A stretch of DNA of 64,000 nucleotides. It comes from Myxococcota bacterium (lineage in GTDB: Bacteria > Myxococcota > Kuafuiibacteriia > Kuafuiibacteriales > Kuafuiibacteriaceae). Made by a program: the position numbers and the translations under genes. Under the pieces are notes generated by a model that saw only the letters and a list, made by a program, of their open reading frames with translations, was not told the origin of the DNA and did no database searches. Where the stretch lies: positions 7,402 through 71,401 of the forward strand of contig DAIQNR010000005.1 of assembly GCA_036788295.1 (NCBI GenBank), read 5' to 3'. Below are positions 9,151 through 17,767 of this stretch, in pieces (the stretch's first letter is position 1; each line of letters begins with the position of its first letter).

Positions 9151-10637
9151 GCCGAGTCGTGGTCATCGGAGCGGGCGTCGGCGGGCTCTGCGCCGCCATC
9201 GAGCTTGCGTCCCAGGGGGTCGAGGTCCTCGTGCTCGAAGCTCGGGGAGCCCCGGGCGGCAAGGCCGGCGTCGGGAGCTTCGACGGCGTGGAGTTCGACA
9301 CCGGCCCGAGCGTCCTCACGCTGCCCGAGATCTTCGATCAGGTGCTGAAGAGCGCCGGCACCAGGCTCGAAGACGAGCTGACCCTCATCCGGCCGGAGCC
9401 AGCGTTTCGCTATCTGTATCCCGATGGCACTGCGCTCGACGTGCACCATGAGATCGGGGCGACGCTCGATTCGGTGAACGGCACGCTCGGGGCAGAGGCC
9501 CGGCTCGAGCTCGAGCGGTTCATGGTCTACGCCGGCCGCATCTGGTGGGCGAGCGCCGACACCTTCGTGTTCGGCGACGCCCCGACCGTCGGCGCGGTGC
9601 TGAAGTTCGGTTTGCGCGGTCTGGGTCAGCTCTTCGCGATCGATGCCGGTCGCTCGATGGCCCGCGCCATCGACGCGAAGATTCGAAGCCCCCACCTTCG
9701 GGACCTCCTCCTTCGATACGCCACCTACAACGGCTCCGACCCCTATCGAGCACCGGCGACGCTGAACTGCATCGCTCACGTCGAGCTCGCGCTCGGGGGC
9801 TTCGGGATCGAAGGCGGCATCCACCGGCTGGCGACGGCGCTCGCCCGGGTGGCGGAGCGATCCGGGGCCGAGATCCAATACGACGCGCCCGCGAGCGAGA
9901 TCGTGGTCGAGCGTTCCCGGGCGGTGGCGGTCCGGACGCGGGGCGGCCCACCGATCCGGTGCGACGCGGTCGTCGCGAACGCCGACCCGGAGCACGTCTT
10001 TCGCCATCTCCTGCCCGAGGAGGTGGGCGCCGCCCGAAGGAGCCGCGCGACCCCCTCGACGTCGGGCTGGACCGCGGTGATCCGGGCCAGGAGAGACCCG
10101 GCTCGCGCCGCCCACACCGTGCTGTTCCCGGCGACGTACCGAGAGGAGTTCGCCGACTTGTTCGAGCGGGAGCGCCCCCCGGAGGACCCGACCGTGTACC
10201 TCTGCGACCAAGCGGTCTGCCACCGGCGCACAGGGTGGGCGGATGCGGTGCCTCTGTTCGCGATGGCCAACGCCCCGGCCGAACCGGAGGACGGTCGGAC
10301 CCCCGACGAGGTGTGGAATGGGCTCGAGGAGAGGATCAGGGCCCGCCTGGCCGCTGGCGCGCTCGTGGACGCCGGCGATCCGATCGTGTGGAAGCGCACC
10401 CCGACCGGGCTCGCCGAGACCTTCCCCGGCAGCCGTGGCGCCCTCTACGGGGCGGCATCGAACACGCCGCTCGCGGCGTTTCGGCGCCCTCCGAACCGTC
10501 TGAGCAACCCCCGGGGCCTCTACCTCGCGAGCGGGGGCGCGCACCCGGGCGGAGGCTTGCCCCTGTGCGCGTCGAGCGGACGAGCGGCGGCCAGGGCCGC
10601 GCTCGCCGACCTCGGCGTCGAAAACGGAGCAGCATGA
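9147..10637 (+). CDS. crtD: phytoene-desaturase-family carotenoid desaturase, putative CrtD (3,4-desaturase of hydroxylated acyclic ends)
   Basis: MSRVVVIGAGVGGLCAAIELA… Rossmann start and CrtI-family body. Placement after crtC and the GT supports the CrtD call; specificity is inferred. Confidence 0.65.
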   Translation: MSRVVVIGAGVGGLCAAIELASQGVEVLVLEARGAPGGKAGVGSFDGVEFDTGPSVLTLPEIFDQVLKSAGTRLEDELTLIRPEPAFRYLYPDGTALDVHHEIGATLDSVNGTLGAEARLELERFMVYAGRIWWASADTFVFGDAPTVGAVLKFGLRGLGQLFAIDAGRSMARAIDAKIRSPHLRDLLLRYATYNGSDPYRAPATLNCIAHVELALGGFGIEGGIHRLATALARVAERSGAEIQYDAPASEIVVERSRAVAVRTRGGPPIRCDAVVANADPEHVFRHLLPEEVGAARRSRATPSTSGWTAVIRARRDPARAAHTVLFPATYREEFADLFERERPPEDPTVYLCDQAVCHRRTGWADAVPLFAMANAPAEPEDGRTPDEVWNGLEERIRARLAAGALVDAGDPIVWKRTPTGLAETFPGSRGALYGAASNTPLAAFRRPPNRLSNPRGLYLASGGAHPGGGLPLCASSGRAAARAALADLGVENGAA

Positions 10638-11380
10638 ACCCCTCCTTCCTGATCGCGCTCGCCATGAGCCCAGCCCCGGACGCCCCGGAGTGGCCCGATT
10701 TGCAGGGTCACTGGGCCTTCTCTCAGGTCACGACCGCGGTGTCGAAGGCGCCGCTGCTCGGCGAGGTCACGACGCAGACCCGCGCGCTGGGCACCGTCCG
10801 GATCAAGCAGAGCGGGGAGAAGCTCGATCTTCTCGAGACCCTGTGCACGCTCGAGACGAGCGATCCGTCCCCGATGGTGAAGACCCGCTACCCCGACGCG
10901 TTCATCGCCGCCCTGTCCGGCAACCGTCGCTCCGCCCGGTTGAAGACCGGTCCGGACGGCTTTCGCTTCGTGCAGGACAAGACCTGGACCGTCCACGGGG
11001 CGGAGATCCTGAACCAGGGCGACGCCCTGCCCACCGACGCTTCGGACCCCCGGGTGCGCGACGACGACGGGGACGGCGCGCCGGGGCTGACCGTGCAGGT
11101 CAGCGGCATCGTGAGCGGGCAGCTGCGGGTGGTCACCCGGGGCTGGACCGCTCTGGATGCTCGAGTCCACGAAGCCGACCGGGTACAAGGGCGGGTGCAG
11201 TGGGGGACCGAGCAGCGGGTGCTCGGCGTGACCCACTGGCTGCTCGACCACCAGCCCCGGCTCCGGCCCCACCCCGACCAGGACCGCTCCCACTTCGCTC
11301 TGGTGAGGCTCCCGGAAGCCACCACCTGCGCTACCGTGGTCGGCGCGGCCGACCGTCTGTTTGCCGAAGCCCGACCCTAG
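10634..11380 (+). CDS. hypothetical protein, translationally coupled to crtD (ATGA); possible N-terminal signal-like segment (FLIALAMSPAPDAP)
   Basis: In frame with the long ORF 9545-11380; ATG 10634 overlaps the crtD stop. No recognisable family. Confidence 0.45.
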   Translation: MNPSFLIALAMSPAPDAPEWPDLQGHWAFSQVTTAVSKAPLLGEVTTQTRALGTVRIKQSGEKLDLLETLCTLETSDPSPMVKTRYPDAFIAALSGNRRSARLKTGPDGFRFVQDKTWTVHGAEILNQGDALPTDASDPRVRDDDGDGAPGLTVQVSGIVSGQLRVVTRGWTALDARVHEADRVQGRVQWGTEQRVLGVTHWLLDHQPRLRPHPDQDRSHFALVRLPEATTCATVVGAADRLFAEARP

Positions 11381-11483
11381 GGCTGCCACCGCATTTCTCC
11401 CTTTACTTGGCGGGTCCGTTGGTTGAAGCAGGCCCGCGCGAGGGGCGATTCGCCCTCCGACGTCCCCGCACCGAGGTCAAGCC

Positions 11484-13583
11484 GTGATCAGCGACATCAG
11501 CATCGTCAGGAACATTGGGATCTCCGCCCACATCGACAGCGGGAAGACCACCCTGACCGAGCGGATCCTCTTCTACACCAACCGGGTCCACGCCATTCAC
11601 GACGTGAAGGGCAAAGATGGCGTCGGCGCCAAGATGGACTCCATGGAGCTCGAGCGGGAGCGCGGGATCACCATCGCGAGCGCCGCCACCTACTGCGAGT
11701 GGAAGAAGCACCACATCAACATCATCGACACCCCCGGGCACGTGGACTTCACGATCGAGGTCGAGCGCTCCCTGCGGGTGCTCGACGGGGCGATCCTCGT
11801 CCTGTGCTCGGTGGCCGGTGTCCAGTCCCAGTCCTACACGGTGGACCGCCAGATGAAGCGGTACAACGTGCCCCGGCTCGCCTTCGTGAACAAGTGCGAC
11901 CGCGTGGGCGCCAACCCGGTCCGCGTCCGAAACCAGCTCCGAGAGAAGCTGGGACACAACGCGGTGATGATGCAAATCCCCATCGGTCTCGAGGACAAGC
12001 ACGTCGGGGTGGTGGACCTCATCGAGATGAAGGCCCTCTACAACGATGGCCCGAACGGGGAGAAGATCATCGAAAAGGAGATCCCTGCCGAGCTCCTGGA
12101 CGAGGCCGCGGCGTACCGCGAGGAGATGCTCGACTCGGTCTCGATGTTCTCCGAAGAGCTCATGGAGGCCATGCTCGAGGAGAACGTCACCCCCGAGCTC
12201 ATCCGGAAGGCGGTTCGTGACGGGACGATCTCCCTTCAGCTCACCCCGGTCTTCATGGGTTCCGCGTTCAAGAACAAGTCCGTGCAGCCGCTGCTCGACG
12301 CGGTCACGCTGTACCTGCCGAACCCGGCCGAAGTGAGAAACGAGGCGATCGACCTGACGTCGGGCGCGGACGAGTCCCGGGTGGTCTTGAAGACCGATCC
12401 CGACGCTCCGTTCGCCGGACTCGCCTTCAAGCTCGAGGACGGCCGGTACGGTCAGCTCACCTACGTGCGCATCTACCAGGGGAAGGTGGCTCGCGATGAC
12501 TTCATCGTGAACACCCGCACCGGCAAGAAGACGAAGGTGGCCCGCCTGGTCCGCATGCACTCGGACGACATGGAAGACATCCAGGCTGCGTCGGCGGGCG
12601 ACATCGTGGCCGTCTTCGGGCTCGATTGCGCATCGGGCGATACCTTCACCGACGGGACGCTCAAGATCGCGATGACCTCGATCTTCGTCCCCGACCCGGT
12701 GATCTCGCTGTCGATCAAGCCGAAGGACTCGAGGTCCGAGCAGAACCTCAGCAAGGCGCTGAACCGATTCACGAAGGAAGACCCCACGTTCCGGGCCGGA
12801 GTGGACCCGGAGTCGGGGGAGACGGTCATCCAGGGCATGGGGGAGCTTCAGCTCGACGTGTACATCGAGCGGATGAAGCGGGAGTACAGCTGCATCGTGG
12901 AGACCTCGGCGCCCCAGGTGGCGTACCGAGAGACCTTCACCCAGCGGGCGGACTTCAACTACACCCACAAGAAGCAGACCGGCGGCTCCGGACAGTACGG
13001 AAAGATCGCGGGCTTCCTCGAGCCCATCCCCGAGGAAGAGGCCACGGAGTTCGAGTTCGTCGATGACACGGTCGGCGGCGTCATCCCGAAGCAGTTCATC
13101 CCGTCGGTGGAGAAGGGCTTCAAGTCCATGCTCGCCAAGGGCCGACTCATCGGGTTCCCCGTGGTCAACGTGCGCGTGGTGATCAACGATGGCGGCTCCC
13201 ACGCGGTCGACTCGTCGGACAACGCGTTTCAGGAGGCCGCCCGGGGAGCGTGGCGAGCGACCTTCGACAAGGCGCGCCCGCGGATCCTCGAGCCGGTGAT
13301 GAAAGTCGTCGTCGAGGGACCCTCCGAGCACGCGGGCAACGTGCTGCAGACGATCATGCAGCGGCGCGGCATCATCAACGGCTCGCAGGAGGAAGACGGC
13401 ATGACCCGCACCGAGGCGGAGGTGCCGCTCGCGGAGATGTTCGGCTACGCGACCGTCCTGCGGTCGGCTACCCAGGGCAAGGCCGAGTTCTCGATGGAGT
13501 TCTCGCGGTACATGCTCACCCCCTCGACCGTCGAGGAGGAGCTGGTGGCGAAGGCACGGGAAAAAGAAGCCAGCAAGAAGTGA
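11484..13583 (+). CDS. elongation factor G paralog (EF-G2 class)
   Basis: Full five-domain EF-G ([18 protein letters not shown]…[22 protein letters not shown]…NKCDR). GTG start. Distinct from the canonical fusA in the str operon at 46642-48738. Confidence 0.85.
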   Translation: MISDISIVRNIGISAHIDSGKTTLTERILFYTNRVHAIHDVKGKDGVGAKMDSMELERERGITIASAATYCEWKKHHINIIDTPGHVDFTIEVERSLRVLDGAILVLCSVAGVQSQSYTVDRQMKRYNVPRLAFVNKCDRVGANPVRVRNQLREKLGHNAVMMQIPIGLEDKHVGVVDLIEMKALYNDGPNGEKIIEKEIPAELLDEAAAYREEMLDSVSMFSEELMEAMLEENVTPELIRKAVRDGTISLQLTPVFMGSAFKNKSVQPLLDAVTLYLPNPAEVRNEAIDLTSGADESRVVLKTDPDAPFAGLAFKLEDGRYGQLTYVRIYQGKVARDDFIVNTRTGKKTKVARLVRMHSDDMEDIQAASAGDIVAVFGLDCASGDTFTDGTLKIAMTSIFVPDPVISLSIKPKDSRSEQNLSKALNRFTKEDPTFRAGVDPESGETVIQGMGELQLDVYIERMKREYSCIVETSAPQVAYRETFTQRADFNYTHKKQTGGSGQYGKIAGFLEPIPEEEATEFEFVDDTVGGVIPKQFIPSVEKGFKSMLAKGRLIGFPVVNVRVVINDGGSHAVDSSDNAFQEAARGAWRATFDKARPRILEPVMKVVVEGPSEHAGNVLQTIMQRRGIINGSQEEDGMTRTEAEVPLAEMFGYATVLRSATQGKAEFSMEFSRYMLTPSTVEEELVAKAREKEASKK

Positions 13584-13654
13584 CACCGCGACCGGTGGCC
13601 TTCCGGACGTAGGACCGGAGGTCATCGGATTCCACGAGAGGCGAGGTCAGGCCC

Positions 13655-14962
13655 ATGTACCGCAAAGAAGTCAACGAACGGAGCCCCCTGCGGATCTTCG
13701 AGCGCTCCATCCATGGGGGCCTCGGCGCCGGAAACCTCGGGGTCGTCATGGCCCGGGCCGGGGTGGGGAAGACCGCTTTCCTCGTTCAGGTCGGCCTCGA
13801 CGACCTCCTTCGGGAAAAGCAGGTCCTTCATGTGGCGGTAGGGCAGACCGTCGAGCACGTCCAGGCTTGGTACTATGCGCTCTTCGACGACCTCGCCCAG
13901 CTCGTGGGGCTAGAAAACCGCGCCGCCATTCGGGCGGAGGTTGGTCGTCGGTCGGTGATCCAGGCCTATCCGGGCGAGACCCACGTCGACCCGGACCAGC
14001 TCGAGAAGGCCCTCGACCTGTACGGTCAGCACGCCTCGTTTCGGCCGGCGGCGATCTTGCTCGACGGCTGGGACTGGAGCGGGCCGGCCGAGACCAGAGC
14101 GGCGGAGCTGACCAGGCTGAAGGAGATCGCCGGGCGAGCTGGCGCGGAGCTGTGGGTGGCCGCCCAGACCAAGCGCATGGACAGCCCCGAGCATCCGGTG
14201 CAGGTGCCGCCCCCCTGCTCCGACTTCGCTTCACTCATCGACGTCGCCGTGTTCCTCGAGCCGCACGCCGGGGCGCACGTCTCGGTCCGCATTCTGAAGG
14301 ACCACGACAACCCGAACGTGCCCGAGATCCACCTCGCGCTCGACCCCGACACCATGCGGTTGATGGTCGAGGAAGAAGAGTTCGACACGCGGACCCCGGT
14401 GGTTCTTCCACCGTCGCAGTACACGGTGCTGTCGGGCGGCTGCAAAGGCGCAGAAGCCGAGTTCGGGGCCTGTGCGGAGCGGTGGGGCCTTCAGGAGGTC
14501 AACTACTCCTTCGCCGGCCGACCGGTGGTCCGGAGCCGGGGGCTGGTGGAGCTGACCGAGACCGAGCTCAAGCAAGGGGGCGTGAACCCGAGCTACATCG
14601 AAGCCCAGCTCCACCGGTCGTTCGCGAAAACGCCCCAGTTCCAGCGCATGCTTCAGACCATCTGGCACCAGGTGGCGACCGCCGGCCAGGTCTTCGTGGT
14701 GGGGCTCATCCTGCCCGACGGGACGGTCAACGGGGGCACCGGCTGGGCGGCCGAGCTTGGCCGTCACTTCAAGAAGGAGACCCACGTCTACGACCAGGAT
14801 CAGCGGAGCTGGTTCACCTGGCGGGACGGGGCCTGGGTCGACGAAGATCGGCCCAAGATCACCCGGACCCGCTTCACCGGCACGGGGACCCGGTTTCTGT
14901 CCGAAGAGGGGCGGCAGGCCATTCACGACCTGTTCTCCGACTCCTTTGGACCGAGGCACTGA
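13655..14962 (+). CDS. RecA/KaiC/DnaB-like P-loop ATPase fused to a C-terminal DprA/Smf-like (SLOG) Rossmann domain; uncharacterised
   Basis: N-terminus: HGGLGAGNLGVVMARAGVGKTAFLVQVGLDDLL (RecA-superfamily Walker A context). C-terminus: YTVLSGGCKGAEAEFGACAERWGLQEV…GQVFVVGLILPDGTVNGGTGWAAELGRHF resembling the DprA Rossmann domain (VVSGLARGIDAAAH…RSGSLITARLALELGR). Confidence 0.55.
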   Translation: MYRKEVNERSPLRIFERSIHGGLGAGNLGVVMARAGVGKTAFLVQVGLDDLLREKQVLHVAVGQTVEHVQAWYYALFDDLAQLVGLENRAAIRAEVGRRSVIQAYPGETHVDPDQLEKALDLYGQHASFRPAAILLDGWDWSGPAETRAAELTRLKEIAGRAGAELWVAAQTKRMDSPEHPVQVPPPCSDFASLIDVAVFLEPHAGAHVSVRILKDHDNPNVPEIHLALDPDTMRLMVEEEEFDTRTPVVLPPSQYTVLSGGCKGAEAEFGACAERWGLQEVNYSFAGRPVVRSRGLVELTETELKQGGVNPSYIEAQLHRSFAKTPQFQRMLQTIWHQVATAGQVFVVGLILPDGTVNGGTGWAAELGRHFKKETHVYDQDQRSWFTWRDGAWVDEDRPKITRTRFTGTGTRFLSEEGRQAIHDLFSDSFGPRH

Positions 14963-15087
14963 GGACCAGGGACAAAAGCACCGCCCCCCTGGCGTCGTCG
15001 CCGCTTCGCTCCCGTCCGTCCCAGACGACCGCCCGCCGTTCCGTCGTTGACTCCACGTCCGCCGGCGCGGACGCTGCCGATGCCGCA

Positions 15088-15945
15088 ATGAGTCGAAGCT
15101 ACCAGGGCCCAGCGAGCGTGGGCGGGGCCTACGATACTTGGACCGCCGACGGTGTGCTCGAACGGTACTGGGGCGAGCACATCCATCACGGCTTCTACCC
15201 CGAGGGCCGGATCAACGGGGTCGATTTCCGGGCGGCCAAGCGCGCGCTCGTCGAGCGACTGCTGTCCTGGGCCGACCCCGGCCCGGTGCAGTCGGTGCTC
15301 GACGTCGGCTGCGGGATCGGGGGTAGCTCCCGGCTCCTGCATGAGCGGCTCGACGCCGAGGTCGTCGGGGTGACCTTGAGTGCGGCGCAGGTCGGCCGGG
15401 CCCGGCAGCTGACCGACGCCGCCGCGCCGATTCGCTTCGAGCAAGCGGACGCGCTCCACCTGCCCTTCCCCGACGATCGTTTCGACCTCGTTTGGTCGTG
15501 CGAGTCGGGGGAGCACATGCCGGACAAGCGCACCTTCTTCGCCGAGCTCGTGCGGGTCCTCAAGCCGGGCGGCACCCTGATCCTGGCCACTTGGTGCGTC
15601 CGGCCTGGAGAGCTGTCCCATCGAGAGCGGGCCCGTCTCGACGCAATCTACCGAGACTGGACGCTGCCGTTCTTCATACCGGTCGAGGAGTACGCCCAGA
15701 TGGCGCTGCTCGATGGCCGGCTTCGGGCGGTGCGGACGGACGATTGGAGCAGGCAGACCAGCCCGACCTGGCGCCACCAGCTCGTGCTCGGGGCCCGGGA
15801 CGTGTTCTGGCTGTTGAGGCAGGGCCCAGGGGTCATAGGGCGCAGCCTTCGCGATGCCCGCACCGCGCTGGCGATGATCCGCGGCTTCGCGGAGGGCACG
15901 GTCCGGTACGGGCTGCTGCGGGGCACGAAGGAGCCTCCGCGGTGA
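15088..15945 (+). CDS. gamma-tocopherol methyltransferase-family SAM methyltransferase (MPBQ/MSBQ-MT or gamma-TMT; VTE3/VTE4, Sll0418/Slr0089-like)
   Basis: WGEHIHHGFY, VLDVGCGIGGSSR, GVTLSAAQ, DLVWSCESGEHMPDK, LATWC. Closely parallels plant gamma-TMT (WGDHMHHGFY…VVDVGCGIGGSSR…DLVWSMESGEHMPDK). Confidence 0.8.
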   Translation: MSRSYQGPASVGGAYDTWTADGVLERYWGEHIHHGFYPEGRINGVDFRAAKRALVERLLSWADPGPVQSVLDVGCGIGGSSRLLHERLDAEVVGVTLSAAQVGRARQLTDAAAPIRFEQADALHLPFPDDRFDLVWSCESGEHMPDKRTFFAELVRVLKPGGTLILATWCVRPGELSHRERARLDAIYRDWTLPFFIPVEEYAQMALLDGRLRAVRTDDWSRQTSPTWRHQLVLGARDVFWLLRQGPGVIGRSLRDARTALAMIRGFAEGTVRYGLLRGTKEPPR

Positions 15946-16919
15946 AGCGCGCCCTGCTCGGACGACTGCACCCGGAGGGGTTTCACGGCCGGGGCGCCGG
16001 GTCGCCGTTTTTCGAAGGGTGGTACCTCAAGCTCGCGACCGCCGACGAAACGAGAGCGGTCGCGCTGATCCCAGGGATCTTTCGCGGCCGCCAACCAGCG
16101 TCCCACCACGCCTTCGTGCAGGTCGTGGATGAAGGCGTGCGGTACCATCGCTTCTCGGCCGGTCAGCTCGACGGGGCCGAAGACCGCTTCGACGTCCGCA
16201 TCGGTCCGAATCGCTTTCACGAACACGGGCTCTCGGTCGATCTCGACCGCTGCCGCGGGGACCTGCGGTTCGGTCCGATGACCCCTTGGCCGGTGTCCAT
16301 CCCTTCGCCCGGGGCGATGGGTTGGTTCGCTTGGGTCCCGTTCATGCAATGTTACCACGCGGTCCCGAGCTTTGGTCACGAGCTTTACGGCTACCTCGAG
16401 CTCGATGGACAAAGCATCGACTTCACCGGGGGCCGCGGCTACCTCGAGAAGGATTGGGGCCGGAGTTTTCCGAAGACGTGGGTATGGATGCAGGGTCAGC
16501 ACTTCAACGAAGACTTCTGCGTCGCAGTGTCCCTCGCCGACGTCCCTTGGCTCGGCCGGTCGTTTCCCGGTCTGCTCGCCGCCATGCATTTTTCGTCGCC
16601 CCCCCCCGAGCTCGATCCGTTTCTGTTTTTGACGACCTACGGCGGCGCTCGGGTCAGGGGCCTGGCGCGGACTCCCGACGGCATCGATCTTCGGGTCGGC
16701 GGCGGCGGCTTCGAGCTGGAGCTCAACGCTCGAGGCGGCGCCCCGGTTTCCATTCACATCCCATCGGAGGACTCGATGGATCAGGTCGTCGAGGAGCGCC
16801 TCGGCGCGACGCTCTCGGTGCGCTTGTCGAGACGAGGGCGGACCGTTCTCGAGACGCGAGGCCAACTCGCCGCCTACGAAGCCCACGGCGACATCGACCG
16901 GCTCGGGGGAAAGTCATGA
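15942..16919 (+). CDS. tocopherol cyclase (VTE1/Slr1737 family)
   Basis: N-terminal SPFFEGWYLKL (plant VTE1: KFFEGWYFRV) and core YLEKDWGRSFPKTWVWMQGQHF (VTE1: [22 protein letters not shown]). GTG start overlaps the MT1 stop (GTGA). Confidence 0.85.
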   Translation: MKRALLGRLHPEGFHGRGAGSPFFEGWYLKLATADETRAVALIPGIFRGRQPASHHAFVQVVDEGVRYHRFSAGQLDGAEDRFDVRIGPNRFHEHGLSVDLDRCRGDLRFGPMTPWPVSIPSPGAMGWFAWVPFMQCYHAVPSFGHELYGYLELDGQSIDFTGGRGYLEKDWGRSFPKTWVWMQGQHFNEDFCVAVSLADVPWLGRSFPGLLAAMHFSSPPPELDPFLFLTTYGGARVRGLARTPDGIDLRVGGGGFELELNARGGAPVSIHIPSEDSMDQVVEERLGATLSVRLSRRGRTVLETRGQLAAYEAHGDIDRLGGKS

Positions 16920-17767
16920 CGAGGGAGGATCTCGGGGAGCGCATCCGGCAGCTGTACGACCGCACGACGGGCGGATGGGTCGATGTGTGGGGCGAGCACC
17001 TGCACCACGGTCACTACGGCTCGGACGGGTCGGCGAAAGTGGACCACCAGCAGGCGCAGGTGGACATGGTCGACCGCCTGCTCGACTGGGCCGGGCCGGT
17101 CGAAGGACCGACGAAGCTCGTGCTCGACGCCGGCTGCGGGGTGGGAGGCAGCGCCCGGCACCTCGCGACCCGGCTCGGGGCCGAGGTCGAGGGGCTCACC
17201 CTGTCCCCGGTGCAGGCCGGCATCGCCCGCCGTCTGTCCGCCGGCCGGCCCGACGTCCGGTTCACAGTGGCCGACGCGACCCGGGCGCCCTTCGAGACGG
17301 GGAGCTTCGACCTCGTTTGGGCGCTCGAGAGCGCCGAGCACATGCCCGACAAAGGCGCGTTTCTTCGCGAGTGCAGCCGGGTTCTGCGGCCGGGCGGGCG
17401 CCTCGTCCTCGCGACTTGGTGCCACCGCCCGGAGCCCCCTCCACTCCATCGCCGCGACCGGCTCCAGCTGGACACGATCAGCTGGTCCTACGGCCGCTCG
17501 CTGACCTGGGTGTCCGAGTCCACCTATTCGACCGCGCTCGCCGAGGGTCCGTGGACGCAGGCCCGCACCGAGGACTGGTCGGCCGCCGTCGCCCCGTTCT
17601 GGGCGGCGGTGCTCCGATCGGTGGTGACGAAGAGAGGCCTTCTCGCCGTGGCCCGCGGAGGGCGAAGGATGGTCGCCGGCGCGTACGGCGGTTTGTGGAT
17701 GAGGGGGGCGCTCGCCACCGGGCTCGTGCGCTACGTCGTCGCCACCGCAGTCCGGGGGGATGCATGA
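16916..17767 (+). CDS. second gamma-tocopherol methyltransferase-family methyltransferase
   Basis: WGEHLHHGHY, LVLDAGCGVGGSARHL, GLTLSPVQAG, DLVWALESAEHMPDK, LATWCHR, DWSAAVAPFWAAV (plant gamma-TMT: DWSENVAPFWPAV). ATGA overlap with the cyclase stop. Confidence 0.85.
   Translation: MTREDLGERIRQLYDRTTGGWVDVWGEHLHHGHYGSDGSAKVDHQQAQVDMVDRLLDWAGPVEGPTKLVLDAGCGVGGSARHLATRLGAEVEGLTLSPVQAGIARRLSAGRPDVRFTVADATRAPFETGSFDLVWALESAEHMPDKGAFLRECSRVLRPGGRLVLATWCHRPEPPPLHRRDRLQLDTISWSYGRSLTWVSESTYSTALAEGPWTQARTEDWSAAVAPFWAAVLRSVVTKRGLLAVARGGRRMVAGAYGGLWMRGALATGLVRYVVATAVRGDA

Noticed and set aside
13867-15087. N-terminal 400 codons of the 692-aa ORF 13867-15945
   Set aside because: Overlaps the well-supported ATPase gene (13655-14962) in another frame. 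The methyltransferase homology begins only ~25 aa before WGEHIHHGFY, so the start was set at ATG 15088.
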